Positions 42,654 to 53,323 of a stretch of 64,000 nt of DNA are shown in pieces. The first letter of the stretch is position 1. Each line of letters starts with the position of its first letter. This stretch comes from Dictyostelium discoideum (taxonomy: Eukaryota), in assembly GCA_000004695.1 (NCBI GenBank), contig CM000153.2, positions 3,168,001 through 3,232,000 on the forward strand, in the 5' to 3' direction. The notes below the pieces were generated by a model. It made no database searches. It was not told the DNA's origin and saw nothing but the letters and a program-made list of their open reading frames with translations. Position numbers and translations under genes: made by a program.

Positions 42654-42791
42654 TTATTGTTCATCGTCTGGATGGCTTAAATGGTATAAAATCCATTGCT
42701 GTTGGGAAAATTGGTTAATTTTTTCCTGTGCTTCTCTTCTAATTCTTTTCTCGAACTCTGAAATTACCATTCTTGTTTGGATAGCGTCCAT
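42654..42791 (-). CDS. Candidate small ORF of about 45 aa ('MDAIQTRMVISEFEKRIRREAQEKINQFSQQQWILYHLSHPDDEQ'), unrecognised
   Basis: An island of normal GC content with C-ending codons (GAC GCT ATC ... GAG TTC GAG) sits within about 1 kb of AT-rich intergenic DNA. A stop lies two codons upstream of the ATG. It is below the ORF-track size cutoff. Confidence 0.25.
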   Translation of the reverse strand: MDAIQTRMVISEFEKRIRREAQEKINQFSQQQWILYHLSHPDDEQ

Positions 42792-43114
42792 TCTTTATCA
42801 AAAATAAATAAATAAAAATAAATAAATAAATAAATAAATAAAATAATAGATAATTGGTTTGTTTATTATTAAAACAATTGTTATATTTTTTAGGATTTAA
42901 AAATAAAAAATTAAAAAAAAATTTTCAAAACATTTTTTCATTTTTTTTTTATCTTTTTCTTTCAAAAAAGGAAATTTATTTTTAATTTTTTTTTTTTAAT
43001 TTTTTTTTTAATTTTTTTTTTTTTTTAATTAGTAATGAAAACAAACAAAATAATCGCGCGAATGAATTAAATCGTTTGGATGGTGATTTTTTTTTTTTTT
43101 TTTTTTTGAAATAG

Positions 43115-43145
<31 letters not shown>

Positions 43146-43339
43146 TGGATATGGGACAAAATAAGAATCTTTATTTAATATATTTATTTTAAAAAATAAA
43201 ATAATAAAATAATAAAATCAAACAATTTTTAAAGTAATTTTTTATCTTTTTTTTTTCCCCTTTCTTCTTTTAAACTAAAATACTTTTTAAATAATTTAGT
43301 TTTTCTTATTTTTTTTATTTTTATTTTTTTATTTTTTTA

Positions 43340-43547
43340 TTTTTTTTATGATTTAAACATTTGGATCATCTAAATCTATTGGAAAAAAATGGTTATCATT
43401 GTTATTTAAAAAAAAATTTAAAGTATTGTTACATGTTAAATAAAACTCCATTGGAGATAAAAATTTTTTTATATTACTATTTAAGGTTATTAAAATATTT
43501 TCATCCCTTCGATCTTTAATTAAAAATCTATTTAATTTTGTAAAAAG

Positions 43548-43600
<53 letters not shown>

Positions 43601-43632
43601 GAAATAATTAATATATATGGGTATAATATATA

Positions 43633-43663
<31 letters not shown>

Positions 43664-44389
43664 TATAATAATAATTACCAAAAAATTCCATATCGCAAAT
43701 AAAATAAAGATTAAATCTATACCCAAAAGTATAAATAATGATATTTTTAAATTAAAAAAATCCTCATTTAAAACTCTTTTTTTATAAATTAAAGATTGTA
43801 AAAATCCTTGGGGTACCCATAATAATAAGAAAAAAAAATAAAGAAGTTTAAATTTATAATATTCAATATTTAATTTAATTGACCTATTTTTTAACCCTTT
43901 AATTACATAGTTATTTTCTATTATTACCTATTAATAAAAAAAAAAAAAAAAAAAAAAGTTAAAATTTATATTAATTTTGGACATGATCAAAATTAAAATT
44001 AAAATTGATATAAAATACTTACCTTTTTTTTTAAAAAAAAGAGGAATGGAATTAATATAAAAGTTATTAAAATAAAAATGTCATCAAATAAAACAAATTG
44101 AATATATGAGTTTAAATTTGAGTGAATTGCCATAACTGATGGTAACATACATAAAAGTACCATCATTATAATTGATAATAAATATGTAACATGAGGATAT
44201 TTATCAGTTTTATCGTAAACATCACCAATTATATTTAATATTGAATTGTATTCATCATTTGATAAAATACCATTTAATTTTAATGGTACTGTTTCATAAT
44301 CTTGTATAAATCTCCATTCATAGAGATTTACATCATAACAATACCCAAATTCAAATTCATATTTAAATTTAAATTTATTATTATTACTA

Positions 44390-44420
<31 letters not shown>

Positions 44421-44490
44421 TATTATTTATATTATTATTATTATCATTATTGTTTTTGATATTATTAATTTTATTTATAATAAATTCCAT
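43340..44490 (-). CDS. Hypothetical multi-exon membrane protein with an N-terminal poly-N tract. Exon 1 is 44490..44024. There are probable further exons at about 43840..43680 and 43549..43340, but the exon 1 to exon 2 junction phase is unresolved.
   Basis: ORF 43999..44490 ends at a GTAAGT donor after '...ILIPFLFFLKKK'. A downstream 54-codon open frame 'WVPQGFLQSLIYKKRVLNEDFFNLKISLFILLGIDLIFILFAIWNFL' ends at a GTAATT donor. It joins in phase 0 to a further 85-codon exon '...LFTKLNRFLIKDRRDENILITLNSNIKKFLSPMEFYLTCNN...DLDDPNV*' that follows a T11-AG acceptor. Confidence 0.4.
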
Positions 44491-44495
44491 TATAC

Positions 44496-44540
<45 letters not shown>

Positions 44541-44729
44541 AATATAATAATTATATAATAATATTTTTTACATAAATACAAGAATAAAATTAAATGAAAA
44601 AAAAAATTAAAAAAAAAAAAAATTTTTAAATTTTGTATATATTAACAAAGGGATATTAAAATGTATTTTATTTTTTTTTGTTTGGGATTTAAAAGAATTT
44701 TTTTTTTTTTTTTTTTTTTGGACAATTCT

Positions 44730-44760
<31 letters not shown>

Positions 44761-45387
44761 TTTTGCATTAACATTTTTTTGACTTAGGAACCAAAGAAAA
44801 AAAAAGTCGAAACCAATGGAAAGACTCAATTTTTAGATTTTCCCAAGCTGCCAAGAAAAATTATCTTTTTTTTTTTTTTTTTCAAAAAAAAATTTTTTAA
44901 AAAGTCATTAAAAAAAAAAAAAAAAAAAATAAAAAAAAAAAAAAATAAAAAAAAAAAAAAAATAAAAAAGATAATTTTTCAAGGAGAGATCTTTTTGATT
45001 GCGTTTTTTTAAAAAATTAGAAAGACAAAAATTGATCAAAAAAAAAAAAAAAATAAAAAAATAAAAAATAAATAAACATAAAAAAAAAAATAAAAAAGTT
45101 ATTTTTGGGGAGTTTTTTTTTTTTTTTTTTTTAATCAAAAAAATAGGAAAGTTTCACACGAATTTAAGTTTCCTGAAATTTTATTATTTTTTTTTTTTTT
45201 TTGTTTTTATTTATTTTTATTTAAACATGTTTGCAACGTTTACTAGTGAGGTGAAAATATTATTTTTATTATTATTATTATTTATTATTATTATTATTAT
45301 TATTAAAATTGAAAGTAATGATACATCTCACAGAAAAATTAATTTTTTTATTTATTTATTTATTTATTTATTTATTAATTAATTTAT

Positions 45388-45930
45388 TTATATATATCCA
45401 CTACCACCTTCACTCCTTCTTTTTCTACCAATTTTGAAATTATTACTATAATGATTAAATATGAAAACTGAAGCACCACAAAGACCCATAAAAGAGACAC
45501 AATAGAAAACAAACTTTAAAATACCAATGAAAGTTGCTCTGAGTTCCATTTTTCTAAGTTCAGTTCCATTGATAGTTCGAATACCAATTGTTGTTGCACG
45601 TGGTACATAAACACTTGATGTGAAAAATAGACCCCTTTTAATATTGATATTATTTAATGATAATACTTCTTTAAATTTTGCTACATCTTCTAATGGTACT
45701 GGTGAATTGTCATAGCATTTGCATTCTACATAGGTCTTAAAGAAAATACCATAAACTATATCAATCTCTGATCTATTATTATATTTATCCTTTAATATAA
45801 CATTTCTTTGAACATTGAAACATAATTTTCTTTCAAGCATTCTTGCAACTCTATCTTCAAAATTCATTCCTTTTTTTTTATTTTCTTTCCCTAAAGATTT
45901 TAATCTACCAATTTTACTAAATAATTTCAT
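45388..45930 (-). CDS. Restriction-endonuclease-like (Mrr_cat, PD-(D/E)xK) domain protein with a C-terminal transmembrane segment; 180 aa
   Basis: 'GMNFEDRVARMLERKLCFNVQRNV...SEIDIVYG...YVECKCYDNSPVPLEDVAKFKEVL...RGLFFTSSVYVPRATTIGIRTINGTELRKMEL' follows the Mrr_cat consensus: 'G.DFE..va.ll...G', then an acidic 'IDiv' strand, then 'vQ/ECK', then 'V..v..f.g.l', then 'G.f.TTS.ft..A', then 'I.LidG..L'. The C-terminal 'FIGILKFVFYCVSFMGLCGASVFIF' is hydrophobic. Confidence 0.55.
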   Translation of the reverse strand: MKLFSKIGRLKSLGKENKKKGMNFEDRVARMLERKLCFNVQRNVILKDKYNNRSEIDIVYGIFFKTYVECKCYDNSPVPLEDVAKFKEVLSLNNINIKRGLFFTSSVYVPRATTIGIRTINGTELRKMELRATFIGILKFVFYCVSFMGLCGASVFIFNHYSNNFKIGRKRRSEGGSGYI

Positions 45931-46017
45931 TTCTGTATATATTTAATAATTTAATTTTATATAAAAAAGATTTTTTTTTTTTATATTTAATTATGTGTGG
46001 TTGTGTTGTTTATTGAT

Positions 46018-46060
<43 letters not shown>

Positions 46061-46212
46061 CATATGACGTTTTAATTTATCATAAAAAGTTTTTTTTTTT
46101 TAAAATTTTTAAAAATAAAAAAAAAATAAAATTAATAAAATTCCCAAAAAATCCATTTTTTTTTTTTTTTTTTTTTTTAATTATTAGACGAAATTAAAAG
46201 AAAAAAAAGAAA
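45931..46212. promoter_or_regulatory. A 282-bp divergent intergenic region between the Mrr-cat gene (-) and the HPD-motif gene (+); a presumed shared promoter
   Basis: Head-to-head start codons flank an AT-rich spacer with long (dA)/(dT) runs. Inferred from arrangement only. Confidence 0.3.
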
Positions 46213-48378
46213 ATGATAAAGAAAAAAGTTATAATAAATTATAATAAATATATTCAAAAAATATTTAATAATAATTATCAGATATATAGAATAAATTCAT
46301 TATATTCAAATAATAATAGGATTAACCATAACTATGGTAATATCATTAATGAAAATAATAATATAATAATAAATTATAATAACTTTAATTCATTTATTTA
46401 TAATAAAATTAATTATTGTTCAACGACAACATCTAAAATTATTGAAAAACAACAAGAAATTAATAAAAACAATAAAATTGCGTTAAAGAAATTTTTTTTA
46501 AAAGTTCACCCAGATTTATTTTTTCAATTTCCAAATATAAAGAAAACTAATGATAAATCACTCTCATTGTTACATTCATTTTTAGAAGAGATTAAAACGG
46601 AAAGATTATCAAGAAAACAATATGATTTACAATTTTATTATTTAGATAATAATATTTATGATAATGAGAATGATATACCATTCTTCAATATTAAATTCTC
46701 TGTTAATATATCATCATCATCATCATCGAATTCATTCGATAAAATTGCATATCATTTACAAGATGCACAAGAACAAATTCAACAATTTTTTAAATTATTA
46801 TCAATTAAAGAAGAATTCATACTTCATAGTATGATTGGTAATAAATCATCATTATCATCAAATAATAATGATATAAATTTAAATAATGATAGTTTATTAT
46901 ATTTTGTAAAGAATTTATCAAATTTTGCAAGAGAAACATCAAAAAATTTCATTGACCAAGAAAGAGAAATCGATTTAATGTATACCTATTTCTATATGGA
47001 ACATAAAATTAGAGTATTATTTCAAGATCATAATTTAGCATTGGATGAAAGAAAAAAACTTTTAAAAAAGTTAGAAAAACTGTTAAATAAATTATCACCA
47101 AAAAGTTTTCAAAATATTGGAATTGTGAATCAAATTTTTGAAAGAGATGAATCAATTGAAAATAAAAATAAAAATAATAATTATAATAATGGTGGTAGAG
47201 GGAGAAAAAGGAATGATAGATTGGAATCATTTGATTTAGATGATGATGAAATTGATAGACAAGGTGATAGATATCAAGGATTCGGTCAGAGATTAAGAAA
47301 CTCTGATCAAGAGACTAAACAAGAGATTATGGAACAATTTTCAATGTTTAGTGGATCAAATAAGAATCAATTCTCTGGTTGGCAACATATAAAGTCTGGT
47401 TATATTACACCAGAATCAAATCCAAAACAAGATGATTCAAAACTATCAGATCGTTTAGAAGGCGTTTCAGTGGTTTTCTCATCAAAGCTACCAAATGGCA
47501 TTGACTCTGAAGGTAGATTAATTTTAAATACAACTAAAAAGAAACAATCAACACTCTCTGAATGGACTAAAACTATTGAAACTTTTAAACCATCGACAAT
47601 AATTGAAAATATTAAAAATTGTAAAAATAGACAATCAATTGAAAAACAATTAGCAAAATACTTTAAAGTTGGTTTCATATTCACAGATTATGATAAACAA
47701 AATCAAAAACAATATCTACAATTATTAGATAGACTTATTTCAATTGGTAATTTTAAACATCAAAAATCAATCGAGAAATCTTATCAACAAGATTTAAAAG
47801 ATCAAGAAATTTTATTAAAACAACAATTACAAAATAATCATGGTATTCAAAGTTTTACAAAAGATCAATTCATAAATAATAAAGATGGTGAAAAAGAAGG
47901 AGGGGGAGAAGAGGATGAAGATTTTAATATTAAAGGTTTAGAAGAAATTAGTTTAAAAATTTTAATGAATGATCAAAAAACAACAAAACCAAATAATACC
48001 AATCAAAAAGAATTATATTGGAAATTCGATCCAACATTGGGTGTAATTAATGTACCGTTAAATGCAAATTATCAAGATATTATTAAATTTTTAAAATTAA
48101 ATCATGAATCAATTAAAATTGAATTTGAAAGACATAAAATTAATATGAGAAATATTGCTCAACTTGAATTAACTTTTAAACGTCAATTTAGATTATTAAC
48201 ATTAAAAAAAGTTGATCAAACAATCACTTTAAATGAAATGGTATCATGTTTAAGAAGATTATTATTTAACCATCAACCTTACTTACCCTATTTTTATGGT
48301 ATGAAAGTAATAATTGGTAGAGAAAATAAAATTAATCCTGATGGTTCAATAGTTATAAAATGGGATTTCGAATTATAA
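46213..48378 (+). CDS. HPD-motif protein, possibly of the DUF4460/DUF4461 (TCAIM-like, mitochondrial) family; 721 aa
   Basis: The N-terminus is basic and N-rich (presequence-like). Then comes 'IALKKFFLKVHPDLFFQFPNIKKTNDKSLSLLHSFLEEIK', a J-domain-like helix II/HPD element followed by 'FF', as I recall for DUF4460. There is a conserved-looking C-terminal block '...FKRQFRLLTLKKVDQTITLNEMVSCLRRLLFNHQPYLPYFYGMKVIIG'. The family assignment is from memory and is not verified. Confidence 0.35.
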   Translation: MIKKKVIINYNKYIQKIFNNNYQIYRINSLYSNNNRINHNYGNIINENNNIIINYNNFNSFIYNKINYCSTTTSKIIEKQQEINKNNKIALKKFFLKVHPDLFFQFPNIKKTNDKSLSLLHSFLEEIKTERLSRKQYDLQFYYLDNNIYDNENDIPFFNIKFSVNISSSSSSNSFDKIAYHLQDAQEQIQQFFKLLSIKEEFILHSMIGNKSSLSSNNNDINLNNDSLLYFVKNLSNFARETSKNFIDQEREIDLMYTYFYMEHKIRVLFQDHNLALDERKKLLKKLEKLLNKLSPKSFQNIGIVNQIFERDESIENKNKNNNYNNGGRGRKRNDRLESFDLDDDEIDRQGDRYQGFGQRLRNSDQETKQEIMEQFSMFSGSNKNQFSGWQHIKSGYITPESNPKQDDSKLSDRLEGVSVVFSSKLPNGIDSEGRLILNTTKKKQSTLSEWTKTIETFKPSTIIENIKNCKNRQSIEKQLAKYFKVGFIFTDYDKQNQKQYLQLLDRLISIGNFKHQKSIEKSYQQDLKDQEILLKQQLQNNHGIQSFTKDQFINNKDGEKEGGGEEDEDFNIKGLEEISLKILMNDQKTTKPNNTNQKELYWKFDPTLGVINVPLNANYQDIIKFLKLNHESIKIEFERHKINMRNIAQLELTFKRQFRLLTLKKVDQTITLNEMVSCLRRLLFNHQPYLPYFYGMKVIIGRENKINPDGSIVIKWDFEL

Positions 48379-48789
48379 AATATATATTTGTAATAATAAT
48401 AAAAAAAAAATTTCTAAAAATAAATTACAAAAAATAATTTTTTTTTTTTTTTTTTTTTTTTTTTTGGTAAGAAGGAAAAAAAAGTGATTCAAAATATCTG
48501 AATCCTTTTATTATGATTTATTAATAGTTCTATTTTTTTTTTTTTGTTTTTTTTTTTTTTATATTTTTTTTTTGTTTTTTTTTTTTTTCTGATTTTTATA
48601 ATTGTTTAAATTTGGTAAATATTTTGGTATGTTTAGTGAATGAATTTTTAATTAAAAGTTTTTAGCGCTTTAAGGGGAAGGGGAGGGATAAATAGAATTA
48701 ATTATTTCATCATCAACATAATTATGAAATAAATAAAAAACTATTTGAATATGATTTTTTGGATTTTTTTTTTTTTTTTAGTGATTTTT

Positions 48790-49723
48790 TTAGTTTAAAG
48801 GTGGATACTTTGAAACTTTAATTTTTGGAACCAAATTACTTCTAAATAAAACAAATGGCTCAACTGAAAGGAAAACTGATAATTGTTTAGAGATTTCAAT
48901 TTCTTCATCATCGTCGATTGGAGAAGAGTGATGTTGAGAGAGTGAAAGGAAATCACTTCTATCGCTTGACACTTCGAGATTATACTCTGAGAGATAGATA
49001 ACCAAATGTTTGGTAGACATTGTAACCACGATACCAGGTGTTAAGATTGGACCTTTCTCCCAAATGTAGGTTGCAAGATAGAGGAGATTTAACTTTTCAG
49101 ATATTTTTCTCTTCCAAGAGATATCGTTATATCTTTGACACAATTGAGTCAAATCATCACCAGTGGGTAATGATTTTTTAAAATCAGTAAATTCTTGACT
49201 TGATTCATCCCAATAGGGTTGAATGGTGATATCAGAACTCCAAACCACCTCTTTAGTCAATTGAAGTGAGAGAGCACGATGAATATTGACATCCATATAT
49301 CTTCTAATTGGTGCAGTGAAATGAGTGTATTGAGATCTCTCATCCAATAGATTTTCATTACCAAAGCCTTGTCTCTTTTCAACGGTTGTAATATATTTTG
49401 TTGGATCCATAAGATGCATTGCTAACCTTCTCATTGCTTTGGCTTGTTCAGGTGTACAATTTTTGAGAGCTTTTTCAACTTTGGTTTTAATGGTTCTCCA
49501 ATCATCTTCTGAAGAGACAACAATATTATTTACAAATTTCTTTATAAATACATTTAATCTCTCAAAGAATTTCTTTCTATTATCGAAATTATTATTAATA
49601 ATTGATGATGATGTTGTTGAGGTTGATATTGGAGTTGGTGTTGGAGTTGAAGATGGTGTTGGTATTGGAGTTGGTGTTGTTGATTTTGGTGTTGTTGGTG
49701 ATGGTAATGGTGATGATGTAGAG

Positions 49724-49776
<53 letters not shown>

Positions 49777-52091
49777 ACAATTATTTAAAATTGTTGAAGT
49801 AACAATAGTTTGTGGTATTGGTGTTTGAATTAAATTTGGATTTGTTTTACTATAGGATGAATAAACTATACCATAATCATAATTTGTATTTAATAAAGAG
49901 ACAGCTGCTAAATTATTTGCAAGATGCATAAACTCTTGAACCAATACATGACTCTCAAGTTTTGGTAAGAAATCAACAGAGATTGGAACACCTTCAACAC
50001 TAAGATCATATTGAATATTATTACTAATGTCAAAGATTTCTCTTCTTTCTTTTCTATAGTTATTTAAAAGACTACTAATTAGATAAAGTCCCCAAACTGA
50101 ATGATTTACCTTTGCTTCCAAGCCTAATCTTAGACCTTTAGTACCTGAACCACCACTACCAGAGCCATGACTATGTGGATTCATTTGATTTAATGGTGGT
50201 GGAGAATCATGGTCAGGATTATTTTCAATTTTCTCACGTTGTTCCTTTGCTAAACTTTCCAAAACATTTTTAAGAATTTCATTGGAACCATCGATAGTTT
50301 CTACCATTTTATTATTTGTGAAAGATTCTAATTGCTCGAAATTGGATTTATTCTTTTCAATGATTCTTTGCGCCTTTTCATAGGATAAATGACCTTTTGA
50401 ACGTAAATTTGATTTACAGAATTTATAATCAATGATTTTACCATCGGATCTAATCTTTACCAACAATGAGAAACAGAACCTCTTTTGATACAATTTCAAA
50501 CTACAAGTACTACTACTTAAATTCTTGGGTAACATTGGTATGATTGAACCAATCAAGTAGATGGTATTCAAACGGTACTCTGCTTCTTTATCCAATTTCG
50601 AACCTTTTTCAAGGAAAGCACTAACATCTGAAATGTGAATACCAATTTCGAATACGCTCATTCCTTCATCAAATTCATCGGTCAAACAACGGAAACTAAT
50701 TGCATCATCAAGATCGGTAGATGATGGTGGATCAATGGTGACTGGAACCAAATGGGTGAGATCAACTCTTCTCTCTTCTTCCCTATCGCTTGGTAACCAA
50801 TCATCGAAAACTTCATCGATTTCTTTTTGAAAGTGTTCAGTGTGAAATACTTGATGATTCAAAAGGATACAACGAGAAATTGATAACAAATCCAATGGCG
50901 TACCAAAAAAGAATTGAATGGTACCAATGGCATAAGTATTGTCTGGTGCAAACTCGGTCAATAATAAAATCGATAAACGACCACATCTCTCGGCCAAATG
51001 ACTATTACTAAGATTACTAATTAAATGAACGGTTGGTGTTGATTTCTCGTAGCAATTATAATAGAAAACACGATAATTATTATTTTCATCATCTTCATCA
51101 TCATAGAGATCATTGAAATGGTGATCATTATGATTAGCATGATGGTGGTTATGATTATGATGATGATGGTGATGATGACTATTATGACTACTATGACTAT
51201 TATGATTATTTCCATTCGAATGGAAATAATCATCTTTTTCTTTTGGTGCCGTCTTTGTGGAACCAACTGTTTTCTTTTTATCTTCACATTCTCTTAAAAA
51301 TCCTGTTAAAACTGTCGATTTAATCTCTTTATGTTGTAAATGTTGACTATGTGAAAATTTTGAAGGAATCTTATCAAATACAAATGTTGGTACTCTAGGA
51401 AGTGTACTAATTTGATTAGCTGGAAATATAATAACTTGATTCTCTTCTTTTAATTTCATTAATTCTCCAATTAATTGATGTTTTTTCGATTGAATTTTAT
51501 GATGTTGTGCTTGAGCTTGAGCTTGTTGTTGTGCTTGTTGTTGTTGTTGAGTTTGTTGTTGTTGTTGTTGTGATTGTTGTGGTTGTTGTTGTTGCTGTTG
51601 TTGTGGTTGTTGTTGTTGTTGTTGTTGTTGTGGTTGTTGTTGTTGTTGTTGTGATTGTTGTTGCTGTTGTTGAATTTGAGTGAATTGATGTATTGATTGA
51701 TGATGATGATGTTGTTGTTGTTGTTGTTGTTGTTGCTGCTGTTGTTGTTGAATTTGTTGAATTGTTTGAAATTGTGATTGTTGGAATTGATGGACAACCT
51801 TTGGACTACTTGTACCCCAATCAATTGGACTTATACCACCATCAATTAAATAATGATTATTTGATTGTGGATAAATTAAAGGTGAAGAATGACGTGGTGA
51901 AGCTGAATTTTGTGGATAATATTCAACATGATGACCAACAATACCACCACTTCCACTTAAATCAACATGTTGTTGATGTGATTGAAAGTAACCTTGAGAA
52001 TCTGATGAAAATAAATAATTTGGTTGAAATGATTGATAACCACTTAAGTGATCGCCATAAAGTGGACTACCTGTATTAATACTGTTATTTA

Positions 52092-52166
<75 letters not shown>

Positions 52167-52580
52167 TACTGTTATTATTGCTACCATTATTGCTACTATT
52201 ATTATTATTATTACCATTGTTATTATTATTGTTAATTGTTGAAAATGGTGATGATACCAATGATGATAATGGTGTATTATTACTAATACCATTACTACCA
52301 CTCATACTACTTGGTATAAACAATGATGAAGATGATGATAATTGTGAAGAAGAAGAAGATGATGGTGTTGAATTTGAATTGGAATTGGATGATGATACAT
52401 TAATACTATTACTTATACAATCACTCATTGATTGTAATGGGAATGGATCAGGATTCGTACATCTTATAACAGTTTTATATTCTCCATTAAAGTAAATCTT
52501 TATACAAGCTTGTCCACCATTCTATGATTTCAATAAATAAAAATTAAAAAAAAAAAAAGAATTAATTAATTTTGTTGAAC

Positions 52581-52629
<49 letters not shown>

Positions 52630-53046
52630 GATATATTCATTTTACATACATCAATTTTTCTAACACCTTTTAATTGAGAATAGAAACAAGATTTTGCATC
52701 TTTTGTAGTTTGAAATAAGATATAGAGTTGATTTGATTTACCTGTTGGTTTTAAAGTGAAATGATAAGGGCCAAATAAATTTTTAATATAAGTATCATTC
52801 ATACCTGGCATAATGTTATGAAGTAATAGTGTTCTAGAGGTCCATTCAATAACATCATCAATGAATACACTTTGCATCATCTCTTCGATCTCTCTATCTT
52901 TTTCACTCTTTGATGCTAATGCTATAAGATTTTCACTATCATTATCGATAATATTATTCCTATAATTCATTAAATTTTGTTGTTGTCTTTGATGAATTTG
53001 TTGTTGTAATTGTAATGATTGTAATTGATGAATTTGTTGAGCTTGC

Positions 53047-53128
<82 letters not shown>

Positions 53129-53292
53129 GCTGTTGTTGTTGTTGTTGTTGTTGTTGTTGCTGTATTTGTTGTTGAATTTGTTGTTGTTGTTGCTGTTGTT
53201 GTTGTTGTTGTTGTTGTTGTTGCTGTTGTTGCTGCTGTTGCTGCTGTTGTTGAATTTGTTGAGTTTGCTGTTGTTGAGTTTGCTGCTGTTGC

Positions 53293-53323
<31 letters not shown>

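Noticed and set aside
43811-43822. 'ACCCATAA', resembling the Dictyostelium ncRNA upstream element (DUSE, [A/T]CCCA[C/T]AA)
   Set aside because: It is a single occurrence lying inside a putative coding exon on the opposite strand. No recognisable ncRNA, such as a Class I 5'-GTTG...CAAC-3' stem or an snRNA motif, lies about 60 nt downstream.
51021-52495. ORF-track ORFs antisense to or offset from the RNB gene (poly-I, poly-N, poly-L, poly-H translations)
   Set aside because: These are alternative-frame readings of the (AAT)n and (CAA)n tracts within the long RNB ORF.
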